A stretch of 64,000 nucleotides of DNA from Candidatus Methylomirabilota bacterium (lineage in GTDB: Bacteria; Acidobacteriota; Terriglobia; Acidiferrales; UBA7541): positions 1,174 through 65,173 of the forward strand of contig DASPOJ010000029.1 of NCBI GenBank assembly GCA_035626055.1. The letters are read 5' to 3'. A model generated the notes under the pieces. It saw nothing but the letters and a program-made list of their open reading frames with translations, did not search any database and was not told the DNA's origin. Below, one piece after another: positions 37,501 to 46,888 of the stretch. The position numbers and the translations under genes were made by a program. Position 1 is the stretch's first letter, and every line of letters begins with the position of its first letter.

Positions 37501-38027
37501 TAGGTGGAGAGATCCTTGTGCAGCGTGTCGCGCAGGAAGGATTCGGCCTTTGCCCGCGCCGCCGCTTGATCGAGCCGCGCGCCCGGCGCCTCGTCCGCGA
37601 CCCTGTGTTCGTACCCGACGATTTCTCCGGCGGGATCGAGGTTCACATCGAATTCTTCCAGTTGCAGGGGCCAGAAAAATCGCACGCTCCAATACCAGGT
37701 ATGGACCTGCGACGACATCAATTGGTTCGCTTGTTGAAGGCCAACTTCCCGTTCGAGGTACGTCTTCGCCGTGTCGTCCACGTCGAAAACGATGCTCGAC
37801 CGGTGATGCGCGAGATTCGCGCCCTGGCTCGTCGCAAATTGACGCGCCAGACCCGCAGCCGCGCGCCGCGACACGCGGAAATCGATAGAGGCTTCCGGGA
37901 AGGCCCGGAAGAAATATTTGTAGGCGACTCCGCCGCCGATGAGCGCGCAAAGAAACCAGATCAGCAGCGTCTTCTTATCGCTCGCGGTCAGTCGCTCCAA
38001 CTGCGGCCCTCCCCATTCCCGAGCCAT
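34518..38027 (-). CDS. Giant polytopic membrane protein with CPBP (CAAX/Abi) intramembrane protease domain and duplicated ectodomain modules
   Basis: CPBP motifs EEFLFRLF (EExxxR) and FAWSFLH (FxxxH) in the central TM bundle. Two homologous roughly 200-aa soluble modules (residues about 45-240 and about 640-830), each followed by a multi-TM block. Confidence 0.75.
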   Translation of the reverse strand: MAREWGGPQLERLTASDKKTLLIWFLCALIGGGVAYKYFFRAFPEASIDFRVSRRAAAGLARQFATSQGANLAHHRSSIVFDVDDTAKTYLEREVGLQQANQLMSSQVHTWYWSVRFFWPLQLEEFDVNLDPAGEIVGYEHRVADEAPGARLDQAAARAKAESFLRDTLHKDLSTYDYLPEEANSKEHPNRSEWDFTWERHGFRAKDAPYRFKVSVEGDWIGKYTESLKVPDAWQRDFERLRSKNDFLETIALLPYGLLLGACLWVIITLGREGALKWKGGLIVGGVLAELFFLMTLNDWPSTLAGYKTTSSYPSFVLAQIALAAAGAVALALLVVVAVVPGEPLYRAGQPSQVRLRYFCRLPGIRTREFFRSCAIGVCMAAVHIGYVVVFYIVAAAKFGAWAPQDIQYDNVVSTVAPWIFPLTIGLYAAASEEFLFRLFAIHFLQRLTKSRFLAVVIPAFAWSFLHSNYPQEPPYIRGIEIGVMGIVAGLVMLRWGILTTLVWHYTLDAGLISLLLLRSSSLYFRVSGAVVGAGALIPLAFAGVMYLARGGFEPAGAMLNSAATEEAKAEAAPEETAEAPAPAGSEVEVSTEKVTELMAPAHDAGEAATRRAATEGRRYEALTARKLVILAACALIGIVLIGEVKTREVGNFVRFSIDAQEAQSRADQVMRNRKLDPASYRHASTTTFSFDPSANEYLRRAVGIDGANKIYEEQVPLAYWAVRYFRDSQKEEYLVVLLPDGGLHSVHHTLDEDAPGANLTKEDAQARAESYLRQEKRLDLSEWKIVEAESEKQVHRTDHHFVWEQIAPLATAPGVSEPARVRVQLEVQGDEVSGYRIFVHVPEDWERKQSESTFAGTAQSVGFIGLLAVLGVTVLVIFFCNLKDPEMSAATWRRMAKWSVWVLIAAVVRFANSSSQYMSLYDTQIPLKIYFGTVAIGLTLGSVLVYAVTFFVLGLAWFFLARAFGRDRLPQWNGMPSAYYRDALCIAVCGAIALAGLRQLPSLFWRAPLLQHSLPASVPSALDGRWPGLSAVASALLLSFLLTAVLALAAGFLADRVRSGWLRAALVVALAALASSGYASAGSFARGAGLTLLVLAVLWLGVTRLARFNLMGYFLLLMLLALAESGGELLRQPNPFFHANGFGVVAFAVLLLAWPLVAWRRAAGQTAK

Positions 38028-38150
38028 TGATGCCCGCCCACTCTAGCGATTCGCCCCGCCCATTTGCAAGTGAGGGTTATCGCTTTTGCTGCGCCCTCGT
38101 GGCCGGCTCGCATCCTGCCCGAAGGTCCGTTGCGATGATATAAAGAGGCC

Positions 38151-40292
38151 ATGCCGTGTGCCCCGTCAACGGACGTCCAATATCTGAAGGGCGTTGGCCC
38201 GCAGCGCGCCCTTCTCCTCGCCGAACGCGGCATTCGCACCATTGAGGATTTGCTCGGCTATCTCCCGTTCCGCTATGAAGACCGCATCCATTTCGCGGAA
38301 ATCCGGGATGTCCGGCCCGGCGGGATCTACACGCTGCAAGCGATCGTTTCAAGCGGCGCGCCGGTCGCCTACGGCCGCCCTGCGCCGAACTTTCGCCGGC
38401 GCCGCGCCGACGCGATCTACTATCTTCTCGTCCGCGACGCCAGCGGCTCGCTTGCCTGCAAGTTTTTTCACGGTGGTTATCTCGCCGACCGTCTCAAACC
38501 AGGCCAGCGCCTCGTCCTGCACGGCCGCGCCGAACTCGATAAATATCATCCCGGCCGCATCGAGATGGTCAATCCGGAATTTGAGATTCTTACTTCCGGC
38601 TCTGCGGACTCCACCGAAGTCGGCCGCATCGTTCCCATCTACGAAGCCATCGGCTCGATGGGTTCGCGCACGCTGCGCCGCATCATTTACGCGGCCCTTG
38701 GCGATCTTTCCGGCACGCTGCCCGATTTCCTGCCGCCCGATCTCCTCGCCCGCTACCGCTTCCCTTCGCGCGAGGACGCCGTCCGCTTCGTCCATTTTCC
38801 GTCGCGGACGGAATCCGTGGACGCGCTCAACGCATTCCGTTCCCCCGCGCATCAGCGGCTCATCTTCGAAGAATTCTTCTTCTATCAGTTGAGCGTCGCA
38901 CTGCGGCGGCAGCGCGCGCAGCGGCAGCAAGGAATCGCGTTTCGCGTTCGCGAGCCGCAAGTCCGCGAAGCGCTCAAGAGCATTCTCCCTTTCAAGCCGA
39001 CCGGCGCGCAGAAGCGCGCGCTCGGAGAAATCGCCGCCGATCTCGAGCGTCCGATTCCGATGAATCGTCTCCTGCAAGGCGACGTCGGCTGCGGCAAGAC
39101 CATCGTCGCGCTGGAAGCGGCGACCGTCGTCATCGAGAACGGCTTCCAGGTCGCCCTCATGGCGCCGACGGAAATCCTCGCCGTGCAGCACTTTCTGGCG
39201 GCGCGCCGCGTCTTTGCGCGCTCCGGCTATCGCGCCGAGTTGCTGGTCAGCGGCATGAAGACTGCCGACAAGCGCCACGCAGTTGCGCGCGTCGCCTCGG
39301 GCGAAGCGCAGCTTGTCGTCGGCACGCACGCGCTCATCGAGGATCCCGTCGCGTTCGCCCGCCTCGGCCTCGTCGTCGTGGATGAGCAGCATCGCTTCGG
39401 AGTCCTGCAGCGGAAACGCCTCATCGAAAAGGGAACGATGCCCGACGTTCTCGTCATGACCGCGACCCCGATTCCACGCACCCTTTCGCTCACCCTGTTC
39501 GGCGATCTCGATATCTCCGTGATCGACGAGATGCCGCCCGGCCGGACTCCCATTGAAACGCGCTGGACCTGCGAGGACCGCCTCGCCGGCGTGTGGGAAT
39601 TCCTGCGTGGCGAAGTTGCGCGCGGCCGTCAGGCTTACGTCGTCTATCCCGTCATCGAGCAGTCCAAGTCGGCCGAGTCGGAGCGCTCGCTCAAGGCTGC
39701 GATCGTCGAGTGCGAGCGCCTGCGCCGGAGCGTCTTCCCCAAACTGCACATCGGCCTGCTGCACGGCCGCCTGCCGAGCGAGGAAAAAGAAAACGTCATG
39801 GAGGAGTTCCGCCGCAGAGCTCTCGAAATCCTGGTGACGACGACGGTGATTGAGGTCGGCGTGGATGTGCCCAACGCGACGGTCATGGTCATCGAGCACG
39901 CAGATCGCTTCGGCCTCGCCCAACTTCACCAGTTGCGCGGCCGCATCGGCCGCGGTGGGGGCAAGGGGACCTGCATTCTCATCGCGCCAAGAACCGTTTC
40001 CGAGGATGCGCGCGTGCGGCTCGAGACGATGGTGGCGACCACGAACGGTTTTGAGATTGCCGAGACGGACTTGAAATTGCGCGGCCCCGGCGAGTTTTTC
40101 GGCACCCGCCAGCACGGCGAGCTCGGCTTTCATATCGCGAATCCGATTCGCGATTCGGAATTGCTGACCCTCGCACGCTCGGAAGCGTTCGCCCTGGTGG
40201 AAAATCCCGCGGCGGACGCGGCGCGCAGGAAATTGCTCGAATCGCTCACTCCGGATTGGCAGCGCCGCTACCAGCTTGCGGCGGTGGGATAA
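38151..40292 (+). CDS. recG: ATP-dependent DNA helicase RecG
   Basis: N-terminal wedge region (YLKGVGPQRALLLAERGI, LPFRYEDR), helicase motifs GDVGCGKT, DEQHRFG, MTATPIPRT, LHGRL, and QLHQLRGRIGRG. Confidence 0.93.
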   Translation: MPCAPSTDVQYLKGVGPQRALLLAERGIRTIEDLLGYLPFRYEDRIHFAEIRDVRPGGIYTLQAIVSSGAPVAYGRPAPNFRRRRADAIYYLLVRDASGSLACKFFHGGYLADRLKPGQRLVLHGRAELDKYHPGRIEMVNPEFEILTSGSADSTEVGRIVPIYEAIGSMGSRTLRRIIYAALGDLSGTLPDFLPPDLLARYRFPSREDAVRFVHFPSRTESVDALNAFRSPAHQRLIFEEFFFYQLSVALRRQRAQRQQGIAFRVREPQVREALKSILPFKPTGAQKRALGEIAADLERPIPMNRLLQGDVGCGKTIVALEAATVVIENGFQVALMAPTEILAVQHFLAARRVFARSGYRAELLVSGMKTADKRHAVARVASGEAQLVVGTHALIEDPVAFARLGLVVVDEQHRFGVLQRKRLIEKGTMPDVLVMTATPIPRTLSLTLFGDLDISVIDEMPPGRTPIETRWTCEDRLAGVWEFLRGEVARGRQAYVVYPVIEQSKSAESERSLKAAIVECERLRRSVFPKLHIGLLHGRLPSEEKENVMEEFRRRALEILVTTTVIEVGVDVPNATVMVIEHADRFGLAQLHQLRGRIGRGGGKGTCILIAPRTVSEDARVRLETMVATTNGFEIAETDLKLRGPGEFFGTRQHGELGFHIANPIRDSELLTLARSEAFALVENPAADAARRKLLESLTPDWQRRYQLAAVG

Positions 40293-40296
40293 CTTG

Positions 40297-40860
40297 ATGC
40301 GCGTGGTCGCGGGAAAATTCAGGGGCCGCAGGATTGCCGCACTGCACGGGACGAAGCTGCGCCCAACGAGCGATCGCCTGCGCGAGACACTCTTCAATAT
40401 TCTCGGACCGATAGTGAAAGATTCCGTTTTCCTCGATCTATACGCTGGAACGGGCGCGGTCGGAATCGAAGCGCTCAGCCGCGGCGCGCGGCAGGCCATC
40501 TTTGTGGAGTTTCACGCCGCTGCAGTTGAGTTAATCCGCAAGAACCTGAAGTCACTCGGCATCGCTGCAGGGGCCGAGATCGTTTCCATGGATGCGGCTC
40601 GCGCACTGGAACGGCTGGAGTCGCGCCGCAGTCACGTGGATCTTGTCTTTCTCGATCCGCCGTACGAGCAGGGCTATGCGTACCACGAAACGCTCGATTT
40701 TCTCGGCGCGTCGAATTTGCTTGCGCCGCGCGGTTGCGTGGTCGCGGAGCACGCGAGTCGCCGCGCGCTGGCGGAGCGTTTCGGCAGTCTGGAGCGTGTG
40801 CGCGTGGTCGAGCAGGGCGACGTGTCGCTCAGCTTTTATCGTCTCGCGCTGGCCGCCTGA
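40297..40860 (+). CDS. rsmD: 16S rRNA (guanine966-N2)-methyltransferase RsmD
   Basis: MRVVAGKFRGRRI...PTSDRLRETLFNIL...DLYAGTGAVGIEALSRGA...FLDPPY, canonical for the RsmD family. ATG at 40297 lies just after the recG stop. Confidence 0.88.
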   Translation: MRVVAGKFRGRRIAALHGTKLRPTSDRLRETLFNILGPIVKDSVFLDLYAGTGAVGIEALSRGARQAIFVEFHAAAVELIRKNLKSLGIAAGAEIVSMDAARALERLESRRSHVDLVFLDPPYEQGYAYHETLDFLGASNLLAPRGCVVAEHASRRALAERFGSLERVRVVEQGDVSLSFYRLALAA

Positions 40861-42554
40861 GACGGCAAGACTTGGGGTTGCGCCAGGGTTCCTCTGAGCG
40901 TAAACGGGACGACGAGTTTGCCCGCGGCGTTTCTGAGGATTGCGTTGAGATAACCGGCGATGCCCTCCGTCGCATTTGAACCGGAAGGTGTGGCGCCGCC
41001 GGGAAATGAAATCTGGCCCTGGTAATTGATCGCGCCATCGAAGCCCAGGCTGCCTTGCAAGTCCACAATGCCCGAAGGGGCGTCGATGTGGATTTTGCGG
41101 CTCGTGAAACGCTGGCCGGCGATTGCGGCGTCGCCCGCGATTCGACGGAAGGGCGTGGGAGACGGAGAAGAATTCAAATCCGCCGCGGTTGCCGGCGCGC
41201 TGCTTAGATTCACACCGGGCAAATGGCCGTCGCGCACGGAAAAAGTTCCGGTTCCTGCCAGCGACTTTCGCCACGCGGCTTCGAGCGAGCCGAATGCTTG
41301 AAAATCGAATTCCGCGACACCGTAGAGTTTGCCCTTGAGCGACGGCGAATCGTCGAGCATCCTCCCCACATCCAGCGTCCGTGCCTGTATGTTGGCGGAA
41401 AAGCGTTGTGGCGCAGCGACGCGATCCACGCGAGCCGTCGCCTGCACGACGCCGCCATATATGCCAAGCGTAAAGGGCCAAAGTTCCGCGCGGTCGTTGA
41501 ACAGCCGAAGCTCGGCGGTGAGCGGCCCGGCCGTGTACGTCTGCCACCGCACACGCTGCACCCTGAGCTTCCCTTGCGCGACCAGTTTGCTCGCCGCTGG
41601 CAGCTGGGACGGATCGCCGGCCGGGCCAGCGGGACGCGCCGCCGCCGGGCCGGGCAGCGCTCCGGTTGGAATCGCATCGAGAGCGAGCTGGTTCGATTGG
41701 AAATCGAATTGAGCCACCGGGTTCTCGACGTCGTTGACGAGAACTGTTCCACGGAGGTCGCCGGCGGCCCCAAGGTCAGCCGAGAAATCCGCTTTCAAGT
41801 GGCCGGCGTCGAGGTTGAGCAAACCGGAGAGGAACGCGATCGGCTGCGGCCACTCGGACAGTGCAGCCTGAAGCCCTTGCAGATTCGCTTCGCCTTGCCA
41901 ATGCTGCAAATCGAGCGGCGAGAGGGTGATGCTACTCAAATTCGCGTTCAAATGCTGTGCATCAAGGTCGAGCGTCACCGCGCCGGCCGGCTCGATCTTG
42001 CCGAGCTGGATTTCGGCGTCCGTGAGCCGAACATTCGCAATGCCGGTCAATGAGAAGGAAAAGTCGGTGGGAGCCGCACCTGCCTCAGAGACAGATTCAG
42101 CATCGGGCGCGGAGGCGAAGAAATAATTGAATTCTCCCTGGGCGTTCTCTACCAGCGAGATTCTCGGGCGCACGAGCTCGAGGGAATTAATTTCGATGTG
42201 GCGGCGCAAGAGCGGCCAGAAGGCGATCGTCGCGCGGATCTCATCGGCCGAGACGAGATTGCCTGAAGGAAATCCTTGAGGGTTGCCGATCTGTGCGGTT
42301 TCCACAACGAATCCCAGGCGAGGCAGAAACTGCGCTCGCAACTTGCCCAAGCGCACGGACCGGCCGGTCTGCTCGCTGAGGAGCGATGCGATCTCATTGC
42401 GATAACGGTCCAGATTTAAGACGTATGGAGCTAATTCCCCCACGGCGATGATGAAAATCAGCGCCGCCAGCAATAATTTGGCCCACTTCGCAGCGCCACG
42501 GCGCAAGCGCGGCGTGATTGGTTGGTGACTCGTGGCTGAGTTTGGCTCGCTCAA
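40836..42554 (-). CDS. asmA: AsmA-family protein
   Basis: N-terminal TM anchor (WAKLLLAALIFIIAVG) followed by LNLDRYRNEIASLLSEQTGRSVRLGKL, typical of the AsmA N-terminus. Long beta-rich remainder. Confidence 0.7.
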   Translation of the reverse strand: MSEPNSATSHQPITPRLRRGAAKWAKLLLAALIFIIAVGELAPYVLNLDRYRNEIASLLSEQTGRSVRLGKLRAQFLPRLGFVVETAQIGNPQGFPSGNLVSADEIRATIAFWPLLRRHIEINSLELVRPRISLVENAQGEFNYFFASAPDAESVSEAGAAPTDFSFSLTGIANVRLTDAEIQLGKIEPAGAVTLDLDAQHLNANLSSITLSPLDLQHWQGEANLQGLQAALSEWPQPIAFLSGLLNLDAGHLKADFSADLGAAGDLRGTVLVNDVENPVAQFDFQSNQLALDAIPTGALPGPAAARPAGPAGDPSQLPAASKLVAQGKLRVQRVRWQTYTAGPLTAELRLFNDRAELWPFTLGIYGGVVQATARVDRVAAPQRFSANIQARTLDVGRMLDDSPSLKGKLYGVAEFDFQAFGSLEAAWRKSLAGTGTFSVRDGHLPGVNLSSAPATAADLNSSPSPTPFRRIAGDAAIAGQRFTSRKIHIDAPSGIVDLQGSLGFDGAINYQGQISFPGGATPSGSNATEGIAGYLNAILRNAAGKLVVPFTLRGTLAQPQVLPSQAASARR

Positions 42555-42682
42555 CGCTTCATCCGGCGCGACCTGAACTTCCTATCGTTGCAAATCTAGT
42601 GCCCGCGCGGCAACCCTTCTCTCCGACGACAGGCATCAGATTACAAGGAGGGAATAGGTTACAGGCGTATAATCAGCAGACC

Positions 42683-44365
42683 ATGCCAGACTTAGACGCG
42701 CCCGGTCCGAGTGCGGCGGTGCGAGCTTCGGAGACGCGCGGCGGGGAATCTCCGGCCGAGGCGGGGGTGCGGCTGGAAGTTTCGTGGTCGCGTCCAGGTG
42801 CAAACTTCTGGGACAGTCTGTTCGCAGTGTTGCGCGGGCCGATGGCCCCTAAAGAGTTTGAGGGCGCGCCTTTTTTTCGCGATTGCTGGGTTGCCTCGCG
42901 GTGGCCGACTCGGGCCGTTGTGGTTGCGCTGGCTCTGCAAGTGGGGCTCGTTCTGCTGCATCCGCACTGGAACTTGGTCACGCCCCGGCCGATCACTGTG
43001 GAAGCGGAACTCACCTGGTATGACTCCGATCGGGACTTGCCGCAGATTCCATTCGAACAGCCGAAGACGAAACAAAATTCCATCGCCGAGCCGAAGCAGC
43101 CACTGCCTCGCGCCGGTGCTGACGCCTATCATCCACGGCTGACGATTCTGAGCGCGCCGCTGCACCCCACTCATCCGCGCCAGGTGCTCATTCAGCCGGA
43201 TGCGCCGGACGTGGCGCCGAAATTTCTCCCGGCATTGCCCAACATCGTGGAGTGGTCGGATGGCTCCCCAGCCAGACCGAGATTGAACATTTCGCAGCAA
43301 GCGCTTGCGCCAATGCACCCGGAAACCAGGCAGCCGCAAGACACGCAGCCGGTAGCGGCTCCCGATATCGCGAATCCCCAACTTCAGGCCGGGCCGATCG
43401 ATATTGGTGAATCCCCCGCTGACGCCCCGAAACCCGCATTGACCATTAACCGCATGCGCGCGGGTCACGCAGCCGCACGCCACGCAGAGGCAGACACGCC
43501 CGCCCCGGACGTTGCCGGGGATATCGGCGGCGACCCGGGCCATTTGATTGCGATCTCGGCCACGCCCGGCCCACCCGCTCCTCCCCCGGTGGTGCCGAAA
43601 GGAAATCTAACCGCGCGCGTTTCCATTTCTCCCGAAGGAACCCAACCGGGCATGCCCGGCGGCGCGGCCGATGGGGCCGCAGGAACAACAGAAGGATCGG
43701 GCGGCGGCGCGGGAAATGGTGTACCGGGAATTTCGATCAGCGGCGGCGCGCCAAATTCGCACACGCCGGTTTCCGGCTTCGGCAACGGCACACCAGGCCA
43801 TGACGTGAACGCGCCGGCAACTGCCGCGCACTCCGTGCGATCTGCGGCGCCCCTTGATTCTGGGGCCACGCCCACTCCCTCGAATTTTGCAGCGCTGGGA
43901 CCGGACGCTCGCCCAGAACTGCTCCTCGGGGCGGGGCAGGTTTACACGATGCACGTCAATATGCCGAATCTGACGAGCGCAACAGGCAGCTGGATCCTCA
44001 GTTTCGCGGAAATGGATCCGAGCGGCGACAGGCCGCTCGCGCTGAGCCCTCTCGGTGAACCGCGCAGCGGTCCGCAGTCAGTTGATTTGGTGGGCCCTGC
44101 GCCGCTGCGTAAAGTGGACCCGCGGTATCCTCAGAACCTTCGCAAGGATCGAGTTGAGGGCGAAGTGATTCTGTACGCCGTGATTCGCAAGGATGGCTCG
44201 GTGGACAGCATTCAATTGGTGCGCGGCGTGGACCCCGAGCTCGATAACAACGCGATGGTCGCGCTGGCCGGCTGGAAGTTCCGTCCGGCGGAACGCGAAG
44301 GGGTGCCGGTGGATCTGGTGGCCATCGTGCGCATCCCGTTCCGCGCGGTCGCGCCCGAACGCTAA
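42683..44365 (+). CDS. TonB-family protein (long Pro-rich periplasmic spacer, TonB_C domain)
   Basis: ATG at 42683. TM RAVVVALALQVGLVLL, an extended Pro/Ala/Gly-rich region, and C-terminal VDPRYPQNLRKDRVEGEVILYAVIRKDGSVDSIQLVRGVDPELDNNAMVALAGWKFRPAEREGVPV. Confidence 0.8.
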   Translation: MPDLDAPGPSAAVRASETRGGESPAEAGVRLEVSWSRPGANFWDSLFAVLRGPMAPKEFEGAPFFRDCWVASRWPTRAVVVALALQVGLVLLHPHWNLVTPRPITVEAELTWYDSDRDLPQIPFEQPKTKQNSIAEPKQPLPRAGADAYHPRLTILSAPLHPTHPRQVLIQPDAPDVAPKFLPALPNIVEWSDGSPARPRLNISQQALAPMHPETRQPQDTQPVAAPDIANPQLQAGPIDIGESPADAPKPALTINRMRAGHAAARHAEADTPAPDVAGDIGGDPGHLIAISATPGPPAPPPVVPKGNLTARVSISPEGTQPGMPGGAADGAAGTTEGSGGGAGNGVPGISISGGAPNSHTPVSGFGNGTPGHDVNAPATAAHSVRSAAPLDSGATPTPSNFAALGPDARPELLLGAGQVYTMHVNMPNLTSATGSWILSFAEMDPSGDRPLALSPLGEPRSGPQSVDLVGPAPLRKVDPRYPQNLRKDRVEGEVILYAVIRKDGSVDSIQLVRGVDPELDNNAMVALAGWKFRPAEREGVPVDLVAIVRIPFRAVAPER

Positions 44366-44383
44366 GACCAACGACAATCTTGA

Positions 44384-45520
44384 TTATATGGTGAGGACGG
44401 CCAGAAGGCGGTCCAGGTCGCGTTCGGAATTATAGAGATGCGGCGAGATGCGGAGAGCGCCATCGCGGAGGCTGACGACGATATTCGCTTTTTGCAGCTT
44501 CTCGTGCAGCGCGGGCCCGCCATCGGGTCTGCGCGGTTGAATGCAGACGAACGGGCCGCGCGCTTCGGGCTCCGCGGGACTCCCAAGCACGCAGCGGTCC
44601 AGCGGCAGCCGGCGAATGAGCTCCTCGATGAGGCTGCAGATGTGCCGCCAGATTGTCTCGACGCCGGCGCGGTGAATAAATTCGAGGGAAGCCTCTATTG
44701 CGGCGAGATTGAAGAAACTCGCCGTCTCCGGTGAATCCCAGCGGAGCGCGCTTTCCGAACGGGCGTAGCTGCCGGACGGAAGGGAATGAAAACTCGCCGC
44801 GTCTTCGAGCGATTGCCAGTAGACCGGACCTTCGCGCAGTTCTTTCATGACGCTGCTGCGGATCCAGAGAAAGCCCGTGCCGTAAGGCGAGAGCAACCAC
44901 TTGCAGCCCGCGGCGGTCAGAAAATCGCAGCCCAGCGAATCGGCCGCCAGCGGCATCGCGCCCGCGCACTGCGATGCGTCGAGCAAGAGAAATCCACCGG
45001 CAGCGTGAACGGCGTCGGCGACGCAGCGCGCGTCGAGGCGCGAGGCGTCCTTGAAGCCCACGAGGCTGACGGAAATCAAGCGCGTGCGCGGAGTAATCTG
45101 CGCGAGGAAATCATCCGCGGCGAGAAACCGGCCGCGCGGAGTGACAATCTTCACTGTGATACCCGTCGCGGACTGCATGGGCAGCCACGTCGCGAAGTGA
45201 GCCGGGAATTCGCCGCGCGCGATGAGGATTTCGTCTCCCGGGCGCAATTCGAGGCGGTTTGCGACCACTTGCATGCCCCCGCTTGCGCCGGTGGCGAGCG
45301 CGATTTCCTCGGGCCGCGCGCCGATGAGCTGCGCCAGCAAGACGCGCACGCGGCCCGGCAACCCGAAGTACTCGGATTCAGGAATGTGATGCGGGAATTT
45401 CTTCCATTCGAGAGCCTGTTGCGTCGCGCGGATGACCGCGCGCGGCGATGGACCCTGTCCTGCGGCGTTCAGATAAACGGCGTCTTCGATTTCAAACCAT
45501 TCTTTTCGCCAGTCGGTCAT
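44384..45520 (-). CDS. Aminotransferase class V-fold PLP-dependent enzyme (cysteine desulfurase/selenocysteine lyase-like)
   Basis: YLNAAGQGP N-terminus, and a PLP-lysine region TAAGCKWLLSPYGTGFLW resembling the SxHK...GP.G.G motif. ATG at 45520. Confidence 0.75.
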   Translation of the reverse strand: MTDWRKEWFEIEDAVYLNAAGQGPSPRAVIRATQQALEWKKFPHHIPESEYFGLPGRVRVLLAQLIGARPEEIALATGASGGMQVVANRLELRPGDEILIARGEFPAHFATWLPMQSATGITVKIVTPRGRFLAADDFLAQITPRTRLISVSLVGFKDASRLDARCVADAVHAAGGFLLLDASQCAGAMPLAADSLGCDFLTAAGCKWLLSPYGTGFLWIRSSVMKELREGPVYWQSLEDAASFHSLPSGSYARSESALRWDSPETASFFNLAAIEASLEFIHRAGVETIWRHICSLIEELIRRLPLDRCVLGSPAEPEARGPFVCIQPRRPDGGPALHEKLQKANIVVSLRDGALRISPHLYNSERDLDRLLAVLTI

Positions 45521-45536
45521 GAAGCGTGAATGCCTT

Positions 45537-46223
45537 TCAAAAATGCGCACGAAGATCGCCGAATCTACTGACGATCACGAGCCGGCCGACACCACACTGC
45601 ACTTCATCATGTTCCATTTCCCAGGTGGCGGGATGCGGAATGAAGACGGCGTTGAGTCCGGCTTCGAGAGCGGGATTGATATCGCTCCGCGGGCTGTTGC
45701 CCACCATCCACCCGCGCGACTTCACGACGTGGTGCTTGTTGACGAGCCGGAGATACGTCGCCACGTCTTTTTCACCCACGATTTCGATGGCCTCGAAGTG
45801 CGTTTGCAAACCGGAACGCTCCACCTTGGCCGCTTGCTCGGCGGCTTCGCCTTTCGTGAAGAGAATGAGGCGATGCCGCTCAGCCAAGTATGCGAGCGTG
45901 TCGGGCACCCCGTCGAGAACGTGAGGCGGGGTCTGCTCGAGTTCCTGCACGCTGCGATGAATCTCGTCGAGCACGGTCCTCCGGGCAAGATTGCCGGCGA
46001 GCTTCAAATAGGTTTCTTCAAGCGAGCGGCCAAAGCTGCGAACACCGTAGCCGTGCTGCCGGATATTCCGGCGCTCGGTTTCGTTCAGGATGCGGCGCGC
46101 GTACGCGCGGGAATAGCCAAGCGGCTCGACGAGTCCGAGAAACGCCTCGATTGTTTTCTCGAAGAAGACGTTGTTTTCCCAGAGCGTGTCGTCGGCGTCT
46201 ATGAGGAGGGTTTCGCGAGCCAT
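45537..46223 (-). CDS. HAD-superfamily hydrolase
   Basis: LLIDADDTLWEN (DxDxT motif I), a later TKG, and MVGNSPRSD (motif IV-like). Confidence 0.8.
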   Translation of the reverse strand: MARETLLIDADDTLWENNVFFEKTIEAFLGLVEPLGYSRAYARRILNETERRNIRQHGYGVRSFGRSLEETYLKLAGNLARRTVLDEIHRSVQELEQTPPHVLDGVPDTLAYLAERHRLILFTKGEAAEQAAKVERSGLQTHFEAIEIVGEKDVATYLRLVNKHHVVKSRGWMVGNSPRSDINPALEAGLNAVFIPHPATWEMEHDEVQCGVGRLVIVSRFGDLRAHF

Positions 46224-46239
46224 TGTGCGAGACCGCGCC

Positions 46240-46467
46240 TCAGGAGCGCTTGGGCACGCCCGAGGCGAGTTTCTCGAGGATGGCGCGCGCGATTTGCTGC
46301 GCTTCGCCGAAATGCGTGAGGTAATTCTGAAACTCGCGGTTCACATCGAGAGCATCGTCGGCGCCGAGTTGCGTGCGCAGCATCATGTCGCGCACGCGAA
46401 CCGGGTGGGGCAACAGCGCGTCCTCGTTCAGTTCTTCGAGGGCAGTCTTGGCGTCGTAGTGATACAT
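46240..46467 (-). CDS. Small hypothetical protein (75 aa)
   Basis: High GC3, and sits 16 nt upstream of the HAD gene on the same strand. No recognised family. Confidence 0.5.
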   Translation of the reverse strand: MYHYDAKTALEELNEDALLPHPVRVRDMMLRTQLGADDALDVNREFQNYLTHFGEAQQIARAILEKLASGVPKRS

Positions 46468-46561
46468 CGTTCCTCCAGGCGGGAGTGGGAACGCTCATTG
46501 TACCGCGATTCGCGGGAGTGCTGCTGGAGAGACGAGAGGTTGGAACGCGCGAAGCGAAGCG

Positions 46562-46888
46562 TCAGGCCGGAACGGGAAGGAACTCGTATCGGTGAATCCG
46601 GGCCGCAACGCCGCAATGTCCGTTGAGGGGTTCGACGCGGACAACCTGGGCGAAGCAGCGGATATGAACGTCGCCGGCCATGGTGATTTCCTTCGGAAGA
46701 GTGAGTACCAAGTCGAGCGAGGTGCCGGATTCGTAGCGCGTGTCGATAGTGAAGTAGAGGCCGCGGAAGCTTACGTCACGAGTCTTCCCACTTCGCTCCG
46801 CTTCCCCTTCGGAATCCGAGCAGCGGACCAACAGCGGTAACGCCATCGTGAATCGCCGGGAGGCCCGGCGTTCAATTCCGTTTGTCAT
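46562..46888 (-). CDS. Stand-alone PilZ domain protein (108 aa)
   Basis: ATG at 46888 gives MTNGIERRASRRF (RxxxR) and RDVSFRG (DxSxxG). The listed ORF to 47125 is an upstream extension. Confidence 0.75.
   Translation of the reverse strand: MTNGIERRASRRFTMALPLLVRCSDSEGEAERSGKTRDVSFRGLYFTIDTRYESGTSLDLVLTLPKEITMAGDVHIRCFAQVVRVEPLNGHCGVAARIHRYEFLPVPA

Noticed and set aside
38349-40499. 716-aa ORF antisense to recG. Similar long antisense or alternate-frame ORFs occur at 61207-62685, 58414-59817, 15109-16704, 47910-49076, 33436-34407, 34957-35868 and 11197-12174.
   Set aside because: They are Arg/Ala/Gly/Pro-rich shadow frames typical of high-GC DNA. They have no recognisable motifs, and each fully overlaps a gene with strong family signatures on the other strand or in another frame.
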